Below the pieces are notes generated by a model. It worked only from the letters and a program-made list of their open reading frames with translations. It was not told where the DNA came from and ran no database searches. The position numbers and the translations under genes are program-made. A DNA stretch of 62,079 bases, filler included, from Deltaproteobacteria bacterium (lineage in GTDB: Bacteria > JAEEML01), in the NCBI GenBank assembly GCA_016283195.1. It is 5 parts of 5 records of this genome, joined end to end, with 100 filler letters (N's around TTAATTAATTAA, not from the genome) between each part and the next. Parts side by side here need not be neighbours in the genome. Positions count along the whole stretch, not along the records: positions 1 to 22,940 come from JAEEML010000131.1; 4 more parts are not named here. One strand, written 5' to 3'. Below are positions 1 to 10,091 of this stretch, piece by piece. Position 1 is the stretch's first letter, and every line of letters begins with the position of its first letter.

Positions 1-78
1 GTTTAGGCCAATAATTTGACCTTTTACCAAAGTGGTAAGAGACTTCTCTTGCGGCGGTGCCGCACTAGAGGAAAAGCG

Positions 79-3000
79 ATGAGAACAAGAAGTGTGAAGA
101 ATCTGTCGTTACTGGTACTCACTATAGCAGCTCTGGGAGGCATCAGAGCCGCCGAGGCCAACAAGTTGCTCTCGGTTAGCGCGCAGCCGCAAGCAGGTGG
201 CAGCGTGGTGACTATAGCTACCGCCGAAACGCCCGTTTTTACGGCCTTCAGACTCTATGACCCCATGCGGGTGGTGGTGGATGTTAGCGAAGGTGATACC
301 GGCAAGTTTATCGCTCCGGTTACCATAAATAACGGTGTGGTCGGTGATGTGGCTTTCCGCCAATTCAGGGCCGGCTCACGTTCTATCGGGCGCATTACTG
401 TCGAAGTGCTGAAAAATATGCGCTATGAGGTGCGCTCAAATGGCAAAAACATTGAAGTCCACCTATTTGACGATGGACGCGGCGCCATTAAAGAGGCTGC
501 CCTGCCCCCGGCACCACCGGCCTTGGACAGAAAAGCTCTTGATGAAGCCAAAGCCGCGCAAAAAGAGGCTGTAGAAGCTGTGGCGGCCGCGCAAAGAGAG
601 CAAAAAGAGGCCAAGGAGCTTAAAGAAAGTCTTAAGCAAAAAGACCGCGAGCTTGCCATTAAAGAAAACAAATTACAGGCCGAGCATGAAGCTTTAAAAG
701 CGGCCGAAAAAGAATATAACGAGCTTAAAAACCAGCTGGACACCGCTGCCAAAGCCGAGCGCAAAGCTCTGGAGGCTGAAATAAATAAGAGCGCTAGGCA
801 AAAAGAAGCGGCTGAGCAGGCTTATGCCAAGTCTCTTATTGATAAAGCACAGCTTAAAGATGAAATAAGCGCCTTAAAAAGAGAAAAGCTTAAAAGCGAA
901 AAAGCGGCCGAAACAGCAGCCCTACTAGCCGAAGAAAAACTTACCAAAGCCGAGCAGGCACTTAATAAAGCCAGCAGCGAAAAAGAAGCTTTGAGCAAAA
1001 AGCTCAGTAAAGCCGAGGCCGAACTGGCCAAAGCCGAAGAGCAAAAAAATATTGCCGAAGAAGAACGGGCCCGCTTAAAAGAACGTAAACAAGAGCTTGA
1101 TAAGCAGCGCGCCGAAGTAGCCAGACAACTGGCTGAGCAACGCGAACTGGCCGCTGCCCAGACTAAGGAGCGTTTAGCTTTAGAAAAAAGCATTGCCTCC
1201 TTTAAAGAGGAAAATAGCCGCTTAACCAATAGCCTCGCCGAGTCTGAGAAGCGCAACCGCCATCTGGAAGCCGAACACAAAGAACTTCTGGCTTCGCAAA
1301 AATCGCTCGAAGAAGAAAAAGCCGCTTTAAGTAATGAAGTAGCTCTTTTAAAACAAAATCTGGCAGCCAAAAACGAAATGACCGCTGCCAGTTACGGGCC
1401 AGCTCAGGTTGAGCGGGTGGCGCAGCGCAAAAACGGCGACATCGTTCTCTCTTTCGCGGGTAAATTACCCCGTTACGAGAGCCAGATGCTCTATAATCCG
1501 CCGCGTGTTGTGCTGGATCTGGAAGCCACCGCGCGTAAAGCCACTTTGCCGCTTAATCACCAGCTCTCCGGCCAGATAGTGAGCAGAATACGCCTTGGCG
1601 AACATCCCGGAAAACTGCGTGTGGTTTTGGATTTACGGCAGGATAAGAAAAATTTCCAAATTAAGGAAGAAGGCCGGGATATCGTTATCAGTTTCACAAA
1701 TTCCATGCCCTCTTATATGAGAGCCGCCGACAATCCGGCCGCAGCCGGTGCGGCCCTTGATGTCGCAAGCCGCGGGCGCATTTCCAAAGTATCTTTCAAT
1801 AAGAGCGAAGGCTACTCAACCATCGCTATAACTCTTGATAGCAAATTGGCTTACACAGTTGATGAGAGCCCGGATAAAGCTTATGTTCTCACCATAAGTG
1901 GGGCCATTATCGACGCCGATGCCGAGCGCGCTCTCGACACAACTTCTTTCCACGGGGCGGTGGAAATGGTGAGCGCTTATCAGGAAAGCCGCAATCCGCC
2001 GGTGGTTAAAGTTTTGGTTAATATGAGCGAAAAGAGCCCCTATACCCTTAATTATCAAGGCGGGCGCCTGGTGTGGGAAATTGCCGATGCCCTCTCCGCC
2101 CCGGCGCGCGGCGGCCTCAAAATGGCTACTCCGGGAGCAGCCGGCAGCTTTAGAGCCCCAAGCGGAGCCCTAGCCTCCACGCTGACAGCCGCTCCGGCTA
2201 GTCAAAAGCGCATTACCATCGATTTAAAAGATGCCGATGTGGTAAATGTTATCCGCCTGATTGCCGAAGTCAGCGGCGAAAATATCATCACCAGCGATGC
2301 CGTTGGCGGCAAAATAACCTTAAAATTGCGCAACGTTCCCTGGGAACAAGCCCTCGATATAATCCTGGCCACCAAAGGCTATGGCAAAGTGCGGATTAAC
2401 AACATCATCCGCATTGCCCCCACCCAGGATTTGCAAAAAGAAAAAGAAATGGAACTCAGCAGGCGTAAGGCCGAACAGCTGGTGACCGATCCGGTTAAAA
2501 AAGTGGTGCTCATCAACTATGCCAAAGCCGGCGAGCTCAAAAACCAGCTCACTCCCCTGCTCTCCGAACGTGGTTCCATCCAGGAATCTGAGCGCAAAAA
2601 TGCTCTTATTATCAACGAATTGCCCGATAAAATAGATGAGATACTCGAACTCACCAAGGCCCTTGACACTCCCACTCCGCAGGTGCGCATCGAAGCCCGC
2701 ATTGTGGAAGCTTCCAGCAATTATCTGCGCCAGCTCGGTATTCAGTGGGGCGGCCGTTCCACCAGATCGCCGGTTTACGGCAATGCCACCGGCCTCTCCT
2801 TCCCCAATACCATGATTTTCTCCGGTGCTGCCGACGATGAGACAGCTAATCAAACCGGCGGTGTCTTAACTCCCTCCAACTATGCGGTTAACTTGCCGGC
2901 GGCTATCGGAAGCGGTAGCGGTGGCGGTATTGGTATCAGCTTTGGCAATGTTTCCGGCTCGGCCATGCTCTCACTGCGTATTTCGGCACTGGAAGAGAGC

Positions 3001-3525
3001 GGTGCGGCGCGGATTATCAGCACGCCCAGCGTTACCACTTTGGATAATAAAAAAGCCCACATCGAACAGGGCATTGATATTCCTATCAGTGTGGTCTCGG
3101 CCGCAGGTGTCAATACGCGCTTTGTCTCGGCCTCGCTCGAACTCGAAGTCGAACCCCATATAACCAACGACGGCTCGGTTATGATGCAGCTTAAAGTCAC
3201 CAAGAGTGAGCCCGATTTCTCCAGAACCGGTGCCTCCGGCGACCCGACCATTCAGAAAAAGTCTGCCGAAACCGAAGTTTTGGTGCCCGATGGCGATACT
3301 ACTGTCGTCGGCGGTATACTTACCATCAATACCTCCAAAACCACGAGCAAGGTGCCTTTCCTGAGCAAGATCCCCATTTTGGGCTATCTCTTCAGAAGCA
3401 CACGTGAAGAAGATAACCGCGCCGAACTTCTCATCTTTGTCACTCCGCGAATTGTCAACAGAGACACCGCGCTGAACAGCTCTGCCGAATTAACATTCGA
3501 CAGCAAAAAGAATATGGAGAATTAA
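79..3525 (+). CDS. pilQ: Type IV pilus secretin PilQ with AMIN domains and a long coiled-coil insertion
   Basis: Signal peptide; AMIN motifs (LYDPMRVVVD, LYNPPRVVLD); N0 domain (ITIDLKDADVVNVIRLIAEVSGENI, LRNVPWEQALD); secretin C-terminus (QVRIEARIVEA, VPFLSKIPILGYLF, ELLIFVTPRIV). ATG at 79 follows GAGGA. Confidence 0.95.
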   Translation: MRTRSVKNLSLLVLTIAALGGIRAAEANKLLSVSAQPQAGGSVVTIATAETPVFTAFRLYDPMRVVVDVSEGDTGKFIAPVTINNGVVGDVAFRQFRAGSRSIGRITVEVLKNMRYEVRSNGKNIEVHLFDDGRGAIKEAALPPAPPALDRKALDEAKAAQKEAVEAVAAAQREQKEAKELKESLKQKDRELAIKENKLQAEHEALKAAEKEYNELKNQLDTAAKAERKALEAEINKSARQKEAAEQAYAKSLIDKAQLKDEISALKREKLKSEKAAETAALLAEEKLTKAEQALNKASSEKEALSKKLSKAEAELAKAEEQKNIAEEERARLKERKQELDKQRAEVARQLAEQRELAAAQTKERLALEKSIASFKEENSRLTNSLAESEKRNRHLEAEHKELLASQKSLEEEKAALSNEVALLKQNLAAKNEMTAASYGPAQVERVAQRKNGDIVLSFAGKLPRYESQMLYNPPRVVLDLEATARKATLPLNHQLSGQIVSRIRLGEHPGKLRVVLDLRQDKKNFQIKEEGRDIVISFTNSMPSYMRAADNPAAAGAALDVASRGRISKVSFNKSEGYSTIAITLDSKLAYTVDESPDKAYVLTISGAIIDADAERALDTTSFHGAVEMVSAYQESRNPPVVKVLVNMSEKSPYTLNYQGGRLVWEIADALSAPARGGLKMATPGAAGSFRAPSGALASTLTAAPASQKRITIDLKDADVVNVIRLIAEVSGENIITSDAVGGKITLKLRNVPWEQALDIILATKGYGKVRINNIIRIAPTQDLQKEKEMELSRRKAEQLVTDPVKKVVLINYAKAGELKNQLTPLLSERGSIQESERKNALIINELPDKIDEILELTKALDTPTPQVRIEARIVEASSNYLRQLGIQWGGRSTRSPVYGNATGLSFPNTMIFSGAADDETANQTGGVLTPSNYAVNLPAAIGSGSGGGIGISFGNVSGSAMLSLRISALEESGAARIISTPSVTTLDNKKAHIEQGIDIPISVVSAAGVNTRFVSASLELEVEPHITNDGSVMMQLKVTKSEPDFSRTGASGDPTIQKKSAETEVLVPDGDTTVVGGILTINTSKTTSKVPFLSKIPILGYLFRSTREEDNRAELLIFVTPRIVNRDTALNSSAELTFDSKKNMEN

Positions 3526-3526
3526 A

Positions 3527-4282
3527 ATGGCTAGCAAAATGTTAAAAAAATATATCAGCATATTAGCCGGTGCCTTTATGCCCCTGACTTTGAGCGCCTG
3601 TGTGCAGGATCAGGCTACCGGCCTGGTGGTGCGCGATGTGGTCTTTCCCGAAGCTCCGGATTGCGTAATTAAATCCGATGCCACCATCGTCATGAGTAAC
3701 GGCACGCTGGATTTGGTGCATCCTCTGGCCACCGATAATACTCCGGGAGCCAACGGTATCCCCAGTTATAAGCTGAATTTGCGCCTTAGAAACAACCTGT
3801 TGCCCAAAGATGACATGGAAAAGTTGCAAATCAACGAAGATAATATGGAATACCAATTTGACAGTATGGCCATCAATATTGTGGGCTACAATGTTTGTAT
3901 CAGCGCTCCGCAAGATGACGATCCTTATCGCCACTGCGAAGATATTCCCGAGGCTTTAAGCTACTTTGTCCCCTCCTCTGTTTACGTGGAGCCGGAAAAT
4001 AACGCCGTCGATTCGCTGGAAGTTATCAATGCCAATCAAATTATGGAATATTTTGGCGATATCTCCGCCATTGACCAGGTTGGCACCAAAATCATCGCCC
4101 ATGTGGTAGCGCTCGGCAAAACACAAAACGGTAAAACACTGCAATCAAATGAGTTTATCTTCCCCATTAAGATATGCGCTGCCTGCCGCAAAATAACTTG
4201 CCCCACCGGCTATGATATCTCTTTTGATAACGCTTGCTACACTTGGCAAGATGCCGGTCCCAGCTGCGTAGAATCCAAATAA
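3527..4282 (+). CDS. Hypothetical Cys-containing lipoprotein coupled to pilQ
   Basis: Starts right after the pilQ stop; lipobox LSAC; C-terminal CxxC and further Cys residues. Confidence 0.75.
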   Translation: MASKMLKKYISILAGAFMPLTLSACVQDQATGLVVRDVVFPEAPDCVIKSDATIVMSNGTLDLVHPLATDNTPGANGIPSYKLNLRLRNNLLPKDDMEKLQINEDNMEYQFDSMAINIVGYNVCISAPQDDDPYRHCEDIPEALSYFVPSSVYVEPENNAVDSLEVINANQIMEYFGDISAIDQVGTKIIAHVVALGKTQNGKTLQSNEFIFPIKICAACRKITCPTGYDISFDNACYTWQDAGPSCVESK

Positions 4283-4288
4283 TTACTT

Positions 4289-4819
4289 TTAAATCTTAAT
4301 AGTTACCGTAATCTTTCCCTTATAACTCACATCATCTTTGGGTGGAAAAAGGCCGCCGGCCGCACAGCTGATTTTAGCTCCGGCATTGATATAAGGAAGG
4401 AGATCTATTGATTCATCTATGGTTAAATTTAGAACTGTGCTCTTAGCGGAAAAATCTTTTATAAAAGCCAGCTTCTTTTTGGGTAAGCTAGCATCTTTGG
4501 CTTCGATGAAAATTTGCAATTCCTGAAAAAAATCAAAGAAATCTTCGTCTGATGGGTTGCTTTTGGCTGTATCTGTTATCTCCAGAGTAATGGCTTTTAA
4601 ATAGGCGGCACTGGCCGGGCCGGTCTCTCTGGCGGCAATTTCCTGATCAAGATTCAGGCTGAGCGCCATGGGCGGAAAGAAGGTATTGGCATCGAGGGCT
4701 GGGTTTAAAAGGTCTATGCCCTTTACGGTGTTTTCGGCAATCTCCTGGTCCAAATCAAAGCTAATGAGCCCGCAGGCCAAAATGGGTAAAAATAAAAGCG
4801 ATAAATAGCGGCGTTTCAT
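4289..4819 (-). CDS. Hypothetical lipoprotein
   Basis: GGAGG before ATG at 4819; MKRRYLSLLFLPILAC lipoprotein signal. Confidence 0.75.
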   Translation of the reverse strand: MKRRYLSLLFLPILACGLISFDLDQEIAENTVKGIDLLNPALDANTFFPPMALSLNLDQEIAARETGPASAAYLKAITLEITDTAKSNPSDEDFFDFFQELQIFIEAKDASLPKKKLAFIKDFSAKSTVLNLTIDESIDLLPYINAGAKISCAAGGLFPPKDDVSYKGKITVTIKI

Positions 4820-4922
4820 GTGACCTCCCAAGTGCACTCACCAAAAAAGCAGCTTATTCTATCACAGCCAGCACTTTTTTAAAGCCAGGAGATGCGGTAA
4901 TTATTAGGCCGTGGAGCGGCGT

Positions 4923-6272
4923 TTAAGCGCCGCTCTGCTCCCGCCCTTTAGATTTAAGCCAGCGTTTTAGCAAAAAGACGCAAAAATAGGGAAAGTTATA
5001 GATATTATTGGCTAATCCGATATTGCCCATGGAAAATTTTATGCCATAACTGATATCCGGATAGCGCTCACTTATAATGAGGGTTTTCAGTGATTTGGCA
5101 TTGCCGTTTTTAGCTTTTACCTCGATGGGCACCAGATTTTGGCTGTCTCGCACAAAAAAATCCTGCTCCAGCCGGGAATCTTCCCGCGCATAGTAAAAAA
5201 GGTCAAACCCCTGCTTTACGAGGCTCTCACCAACAATGCTTTCATAAAGCGCTCCCTTATAAATACCCAGATTGGCATTCACCCGCAAATCTTCCTGAGT
5301 GTCATCATCCAGCGTGGCCACCAACAGGCCGGTATCAAAAAAATATAGCTTATATTTAGAGGGATTATAATTACCCTTAAGTGGAAGCTCGGGGAAATTC
5401 AAAGAATAGGCAATATTTATCAGGCCGGCATCATTAAGCCACTCGATGCAGCCCCAATAATCGGCCGCCCGCCCGCCTTTGGCCACTTTGGAAATTTGAA
5501 ATTTTTTATTCTCTTTGGCAAGTTGCACCGGGATATGATTAAGCACATTGATAATTCTGGTTTGTTCCAGGCCCACAGCGTATTTGCGCACATCTTCCTT
5601 ATAATTTTGTATCAAAGCGCGCTGCAGCGCCAAAATGCCCTGAAAATTACCGCTCTCGATAAATTTAGCCGAAAGACGCGGCATACCGCCAATTACGCAA
5701 AAATCTCGGAAATGACCCATAAATACTTGCATTTCCAACTCGCTAAACTGGAGCAAATCTGTCATTTTCCGCAATAATTCGCCAATAACATCATCACTAT
5801 AGCCCTTGGCCCAGAGAAACTCTTCAAAATCGAGTGGCCGCATTTCATAATCCAGCTTATAGCCCACACTGTTACTCTCTATGCGCTTATAATTAAGCCC
5901 CAAAAGCGAACCGCTGCAAATAACGTCATATTCGCCGGCCAGTTTAAAAAATTTGAGAGCGGTGGCTATTTCCGGAAATTCTTGCAATTCATCAAAAACA
6001 ATCAGGGTTTTATGCGGCACAAATTTTTGCCCCGGATCTATCAGAGTGATATTTTTAATAATATTTTCCGCCAAATAGCCATCTTTAGTGATTTTTTTAA
6101 ACTTCTCGTCGGTTACAAAATTGATATAAACCGTATTTTCGTAATTTTCGGCAAAATGCAAAATGGAAGCTGTCTTACCGACTTGGCGAGCACCTTTAAC
6201 TATCAGCGGCAATTTGTCGGCATCCTGCTGCCATTTTAGGAGGAAATCGTCTATTTTGCGCTTTATGTACAT
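4923..6272 (-). CDS. AAA_14 ATPase with DUF4143 / PD-(D/E)XK-like C-terminus
   Basis: Walker A GARQVGKT, Walker B VFDELQ, GSLLG, GGMP, KLYFFDTGLL, C-terminal EQDF...PIEVK. Confidence 0.9.
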   Translation of the reverse strand: MYIKRKIDDFLLKWQQDADKLPLIVKGARQVGKTASILHFAENYENTVYINFVTDEKFKKITKDGYLAENIIKNITLIDPGQKFVPHKTLIVFDELQEFPEIATALKFFKLAGEYDVICSGSLLGLNYKRIESNSVGYKLDYEMRPLDFEEFLWAKGYSDDVIGELLRKMTDLLQFSELEMQVFMGHFRDFCVIGGMPRLSAKFIESGNFQGILALQRALIQNYKEDVRKYAVGLEQTRIINVLNHIPVQLAKENKKFQISKVAKGGRAADYWGCIEWLNDAGLINIAYSLNFPELPLKGNYNPSKYKLYFFDTGLLVATLDDDTQEDLRVNANLGIYKGALYESIVGESLVKQGFDLFYYAREDSRLEQDFFVRDSQNLVPIEVKAKNGNAKSLKTLIISERYPDISYGIKFSMGNIGLANNIYNFPYFCVFLLKRWLKSKGREQSGA

Positions 6273-6308
6273 ATCAGGCCTTTTTTATTGTATATTTTGC
6301 TCAGAATC

Positions 6309-6395
6309 ACAAAAATCCGAGCGACTTTTGTGATTTCTTATACAAAAAAATGAGCGACTTTTCAAGCTGCTAGCACAAAAAAATGAGCGACTTTT
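6309..6395. repeat. Three direct repeats ACAAAAAxxxGAGCGACTTTT with exact 33-bp period
   Basis: GAGCGACTTTT begins at 6319, 6352 and 6385, just upstream of the ATPase start at 6272. Confidence 0.9.
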
Positions 6396-6527
6396 ATATT
6401 TTGTGCTCTAGTAGCTAAAAATGCCCTATCCGGCTTTGTAACCCACTGCAACAATAAAAGTCTGGTCTATAAGAGATAGAAAGTGTATAGAGCGTAAAAC
6501 CCGGCAGCTGGCCGGGAGGAGAAACAG

Positions 6528-8075
6528 ATGACGAAAGATATAAATGCCCGCCTCACCGAACTGGCGCAAAAACAAACGGCGCTGATGGCCGGTGGCGGAG
6601 CCGAAAAACAACACGAAAAAGGCAAATTAACAGCCCGCGAGCGCATTGAAGCGCTCCTCGATGCCGATAGCTTTACCGAGATCAATCTCTTTGTAACTCA
6701 CCATTCCACTAATTTTAATATGGCCAAAACCGTCATCCCCGGTGACGGGGTGGTAACCGGCTACGGCACCATAAACGGGCGCACGGTAATGATCTACGCC
6801 CAGGATTTTACGGCTATGGGCGGCTCGCTCGGCGCCATGCACGCGCAAAAAATAGTTAAAGTGCAGGAGATGGCCTTAAAAGTCGGGGCACCCATTATCG
6901 GCATTTGTGATTCCGGCGGAGCGCGCATCCAGGAGGGCATTGAATCGCTCGACGGCTTTGCCAAGATTTTTAGAAACAATGTGCTCTCTTCCGGAGTAAT
7001 TCCGCAGATTTCCGTTATTTTGGGTCCCTGTGCCGGCGGGGCGGTCTATTCCCCAGCGCTCACTGATTTTATCTTTATGGTGGATAATGTCTCCAATATG
7101 TTCATCACCGGGCCGCAGGTAATCAAAGCGGTGACCGGCGAAGAGATTTCTTCCGAGGCCCTGGGCGGGGCTTACACGCACAACACCATTTCCGGCAACT
7201 CCCACTTCCGCTGCGCCAGCGAAGCCGAGTGCTTTGACAAGATACGCAAATTATTAAGCTTTTTGCCGCAAAATAATGTTGATGTTTTACCGCCCTCCAC
7301 TTGTAAAGACGACCCGGAGCGTCTTATTCCGGAGCTGCGCGAGCTGGTGCCCACCAATGCCAAAGCGGCTTATGATATGCGCGACCTCATCCATTATATT
7401 GTTGATGATGGCGATTTTTTGGAAGCGGAAGAGAGCTTTGCCACTAATATGGTGGTGGGTTTTGCCAGGCTTAACGGCCAAAGCATCGGCATTATTGCCA
7501 ATCAGCCGCTCTATATGGCCGGGGCTATCGACATCAACGCTTCCGACAAAGCGGCGCGCTTTATCCGCCTGTGCGACGCCTTTAATCTGCCGGTGATTAC
7601 CATTGTGGATACTCCAGGATACCTGCCGGGTAAAGAGCAGGAATATAACGGCATTATCCGCCACGGCGCCAAAGTGATTTATGCCTACTGCGAAGCCAGT
7701 GTGCCGCTTATCACCTTAACGGTGCGTAAAGCTTACGGCGGCGCGCATATTGCCATGTGCAATAAGGGGCTTGGCTCAGACCTCATGATTGCTTGGCCGC
7801 AAGCTGAGATTGCCGTCATGGGCGCACAGGGGGCGGTAAATATTCTCTACCGCAAGGAAATAGCGGCGGCGAGTAACCAAAAAGCGGCCCGCGAACAAAA
7901 AATTGCCGAATATGAAGAGCTCTTTGCCAACCCCTATGAAGCGGCTAAAAGCGGCCTTGTTGATATGATCATCGATCCGGCCACTACCCGCCCGGTTTTG
8001 GCCAAAGCCCTGCTCACTCTCTCCAGTAAGCGCGAGGTTAAACCCAGCAAAAAGCACGGCAATATGCCGCTATAA
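6528..8075 (+). CDS. Acyl-CoA carboxylase carboxyltransferase subunit (PccB / methylmalonyl-CoA decarboxylase alpha type)
   Basis: KGKLTARERI, GDGVVTGYG, DSGGARIQEG, GPCAGGAVYSPALTDF, RKAYGGA, C-terminal KKHGNMPL. Confidence 0.92.
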   Translation: MTKDINARLTELAQKQTALMAGGGAEKQHEKGKLTARERIEALLDADSFTEINLFVTHHSTNFNMAKTVIPGDGVVTGYGTINGRTVMIYAQDFTAMGGSLGAMHAQKIVKVQEMALKVGAPIIGICDSGGARIQEGIESLDGFAKIFRNNVLSSGVIPQISVILGPCAGGAVYSPALTDFIFMVDNVSNMFITGPQVIKAVTGEEISSEALGGAYTHNTISGNSHFRCASEAECFDKIRKLLSFLPQNNVDVLPPSTCKDDPERLIPELRELVPTNAKAAYDMRDLIHYIVDDGDFLEAEESFATNMVVGFARLNGQSIGIIANQPLYMAGAIDINASDKAARFIRLCDAFNLPVITIVDTPGYLPGKEQEYNGIIRHGAKVIYAYCEASVPLITLTVRKAYGGAHIAMCNKGLGSDLMIAWPQAEIAVMGAQGAVNILYRKEIAAASNQKAAREQKIAEYEELFANPYEAAKSGLVDMIIDPATTRPVLAKALLTLSSKREVKPSKKHGNMPL

Positions 8076-8100
8076 AGGCTTCTCCCTGTTTTCGCGGGCT

Positions 8101-8220
8101 CCTCTGCCTGCGGCGCCCTCACCAAGGCCATCAGTGCCAATTCTTACCGCGCGCCACCTCTCCATTTTTACAAATGGAGAGGGGCTCATCTATTTAAATT
8201 TACACGCTTTTCGCAAATAG
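8101..8220 (+). repeat. Dispersed REP/MITE-like hairpin repeat, copy 1
   Basis: CCTGCGGCGCCCTCACC...CCTCTCCATTT-TTAC-AAATGGAGAGG-GGCTCATCTATTTAAATTTA; near-identical segments at 57374-57472. Confidence 0.85.
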
Positions 8221-8332
8221 CCAGCGAGATAAGGGGTGGTTCCTCCCCGAAAAAGAAAAAACAATCGCTTATTTTTTTGAGAGGAGAAAGGGGCGAAAAC
8301 AGGATGCAGTACCCAAAGCAGTGAAATTTAAA

Positions 8333-9226
8333 TTAAAAGAACTCTTTCAGCGTCCGTTCCAGATAGGCAAAATAGCTTTCACCCTCCCCCGGACCGGGGT
8401 CAATAATGACCACTTTAGCTCCCACTATGGCGGCTATTTTTTGGCTGACGGGCCGCGGCTGATAATTCTCCTGGATAATATACTTTATCGGCGCTGCTTT
8501 TAATTCGGCTACTAACTTTTTAACCTGCGCCGGGCCGGGAGCTACGCCCGGCAGCGGTTCAACTGTCGCCACCTGCTTTAGGCCCAGCCAGTGGGTTAAA
8601 TAAATAAAAGAATCGTGGTAACTTACGAGGCGTTTTTGAGCGGCGCTAAGAGCCTGGAATTTACTTTGCCAGAAGGCCTCTTTAGCCGCCGCTTTTTGCT
8701 CAAAAGCATTCAAAAGATCGGCATATTGGGCGCTGTGATCAGGATCGAGCGCTGAGAGCTTTTCGCTGATGGCCCGCGCTACCAGGCGCACTTCTGGCAA
8801 ACTATATAAATAGTGCGGATTGCCCTCAGTATGGACATCGCCCTGCGATCGCTCCACCGGGCCGCGCGGCACGGCCAGTGGGGTAACCACTTTGGAGGCA
8901 TCGAGCAGCCCGGTACCCCCGCTTATTATGCGGCAGTTGCGGGCATTTTTTTGCACCGGCGGCAGCCAGCCAATCTCTAGTTCCATGCCGTTATAGATGA
9001 GCAAATCGGCCCGGCTCACTTTTAAAACATAATCGGGCCGGGGCGAGACAAAGTGGGGATCCTCGCCGTTACTAGCCAGAATATCTACGCTCACCAGGTC
9101 GCCGCCCAGTTCCTTGGCCAAAGCGCCCAAAGTGGGCAAAGTAGCGACAACTTTTAGCTTGGCTATAGCCGCCTCAGGCTGCAAAAAGTTAATTATAAAA
9201 ATCATTAAAATCATCTTTTTAAACAT
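8333..9226 (-). CDS. znuA: Metal (Zn/Mn) ABC transporter substrate-binding protein
   Basis: KVVAT, EDPHF, ADLLIYNGMELE, GDVHTEGNPHY, YHDSFIYL motifs of the ZnuA/TroA family. Confidence 0.85.
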   Translation of the reverse strand: MFKKMILMIFIINFLQPEAAIAKLKVVATLPTLGALAKELGGDLVSVDILASNGEDPHFVSPRPDYVLKVSRADLLIYNGMELEIGWLPPVQKNARNCRIISGGTGLLDASKVVTPLAVPRGPVERSQGDVHTEGNPHYLYSLPEVRLVARAISEKLSALDPDHSAQYADLLNAFEQKAAAKEAFWQSKFQALSAAQKRLVSYHDSFIYLTHWLGLKQVATVEPLPGVAPGPAQVKKLVAELKAAPIKYIIQENYQPRPVSQKIAAIVGAKVVIIDPGPGEGESYFAYLERTLKEFF

Positions 9227-10091
9227 TGCTGCAATTTCTCCTAAATTTTTTTAAAAAATTAACAACATCCACTAATAAAACTATGGCTATGGCTACTGCC
9301 GCCTGAGCCGGCCCCACCGGAAATTCCAGCACATAAGCCGCAAGATAGCCGCCAAAACCGCTGAGAGCGCCGAAAAGCAGCGCCGCCAAAAACATGGTGC
9401 GTAGATGCCTAAAATGGCGGGCAGCCATAGCCGGCAGGCAGGAAAAGGCAAAGACCGGCAAACTGCCCAGAATCTTGGCCGCTATGGCAATCACCACTAC
9501 CAGCAAGCTATAGAGAATAATCTGAATAAGACGCACCGGCACGCCGGCCGCTTTAGCCATATCATGCCAAAAGAGGGCGCATTTAAAAGCCCGCTCGCCG
9601 TAAAGAAAAAGCGGCACAACAAGGGCACATAGCCCAATCATCAAAAGATAGTCGCTATGTTCCACCAAAACGGCATCGCCCAGCAAAATAGTGCTTATAT
9701 CGTGAATTTTACCGGTAATTTTGCTGCCCACCAGCACGGTGCCGGCGGCTCCGCCCAGGTAGAGGAGAGCCAAAACGGCATCCGGCGTGGGCGACCTCCG
9801 CATGAGCGGCCCGCTTACGGCCAAAAGTAAAAGGGTAAAAACAACGCTGCCCAGGATAACCAGGCTGCCCGCAATGTGCTCAAAACCCCATAAGGTCAGT
9901 AGCCACATGGTCAGCACCGCTCCCAAGCTGGAAATTTGCCCCAAAGCCGCGCTCAAAAACACCCGCCGCCCGAGGAAAATATAGACGCCAACAGCGCCCA
10001 GCATGGCGCCGGCCAGCGTGCTGGTGATAACGGCCTCGCGGAAGAAGGCAAAATCAGCAAAAAACTGGGCGATTTTACTAGCTAATTCCAT
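9219..10091 (-). CDS. znuB: Metal ABC transporter permease
   Basis: Highly hydrophobic ABC-3 type protein (ILLGD, LPAMAAR); overlaps both neighbours. Confidence 0.85.
   Translation of the reverse strand: MELASKIAQFFADFAFFREAVITSTLAGAMLGAVGVYIFLGRRVFLSAALGQISSLGAVLTMWLLTLWGFEHIAGSLVILGSVVFTLLLLAVSGPLMRRSPTPDAVLALLYLGGAAGTVLVGSKITGKIHDISTILLGDAVLVEHSDYLLMIGLCALVVPLFLYGERAFKCALFWHDMAKAAGVPVRLIQIILYSLLVVVIAIAAKILGSLPVFAFSCLPAMAARHFRHLRTMFLAALLFGALSGFGGYLAAYVLEFPVGPAQAAVAIAIVLLVDVVNFLKKFRRNCSNV

Noticed and set aside
423-1370. Long antisense ORFs over pilQ and similar shadow ORFs (e.g. 25203-26210, 43997-44683)
   Set aside because: They mirror the codon structure of well-supported genes on the opposite strand and have no recognisable motifs.
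6309-6395. 33-bp periodic repeats as mini-CRISPR arrays (also 17535-17591 and 22613-22697)
   Set aside because: The whole period is 33 bp, leaving spacers far too short; only 2-3 units each; no cas genes in the window.
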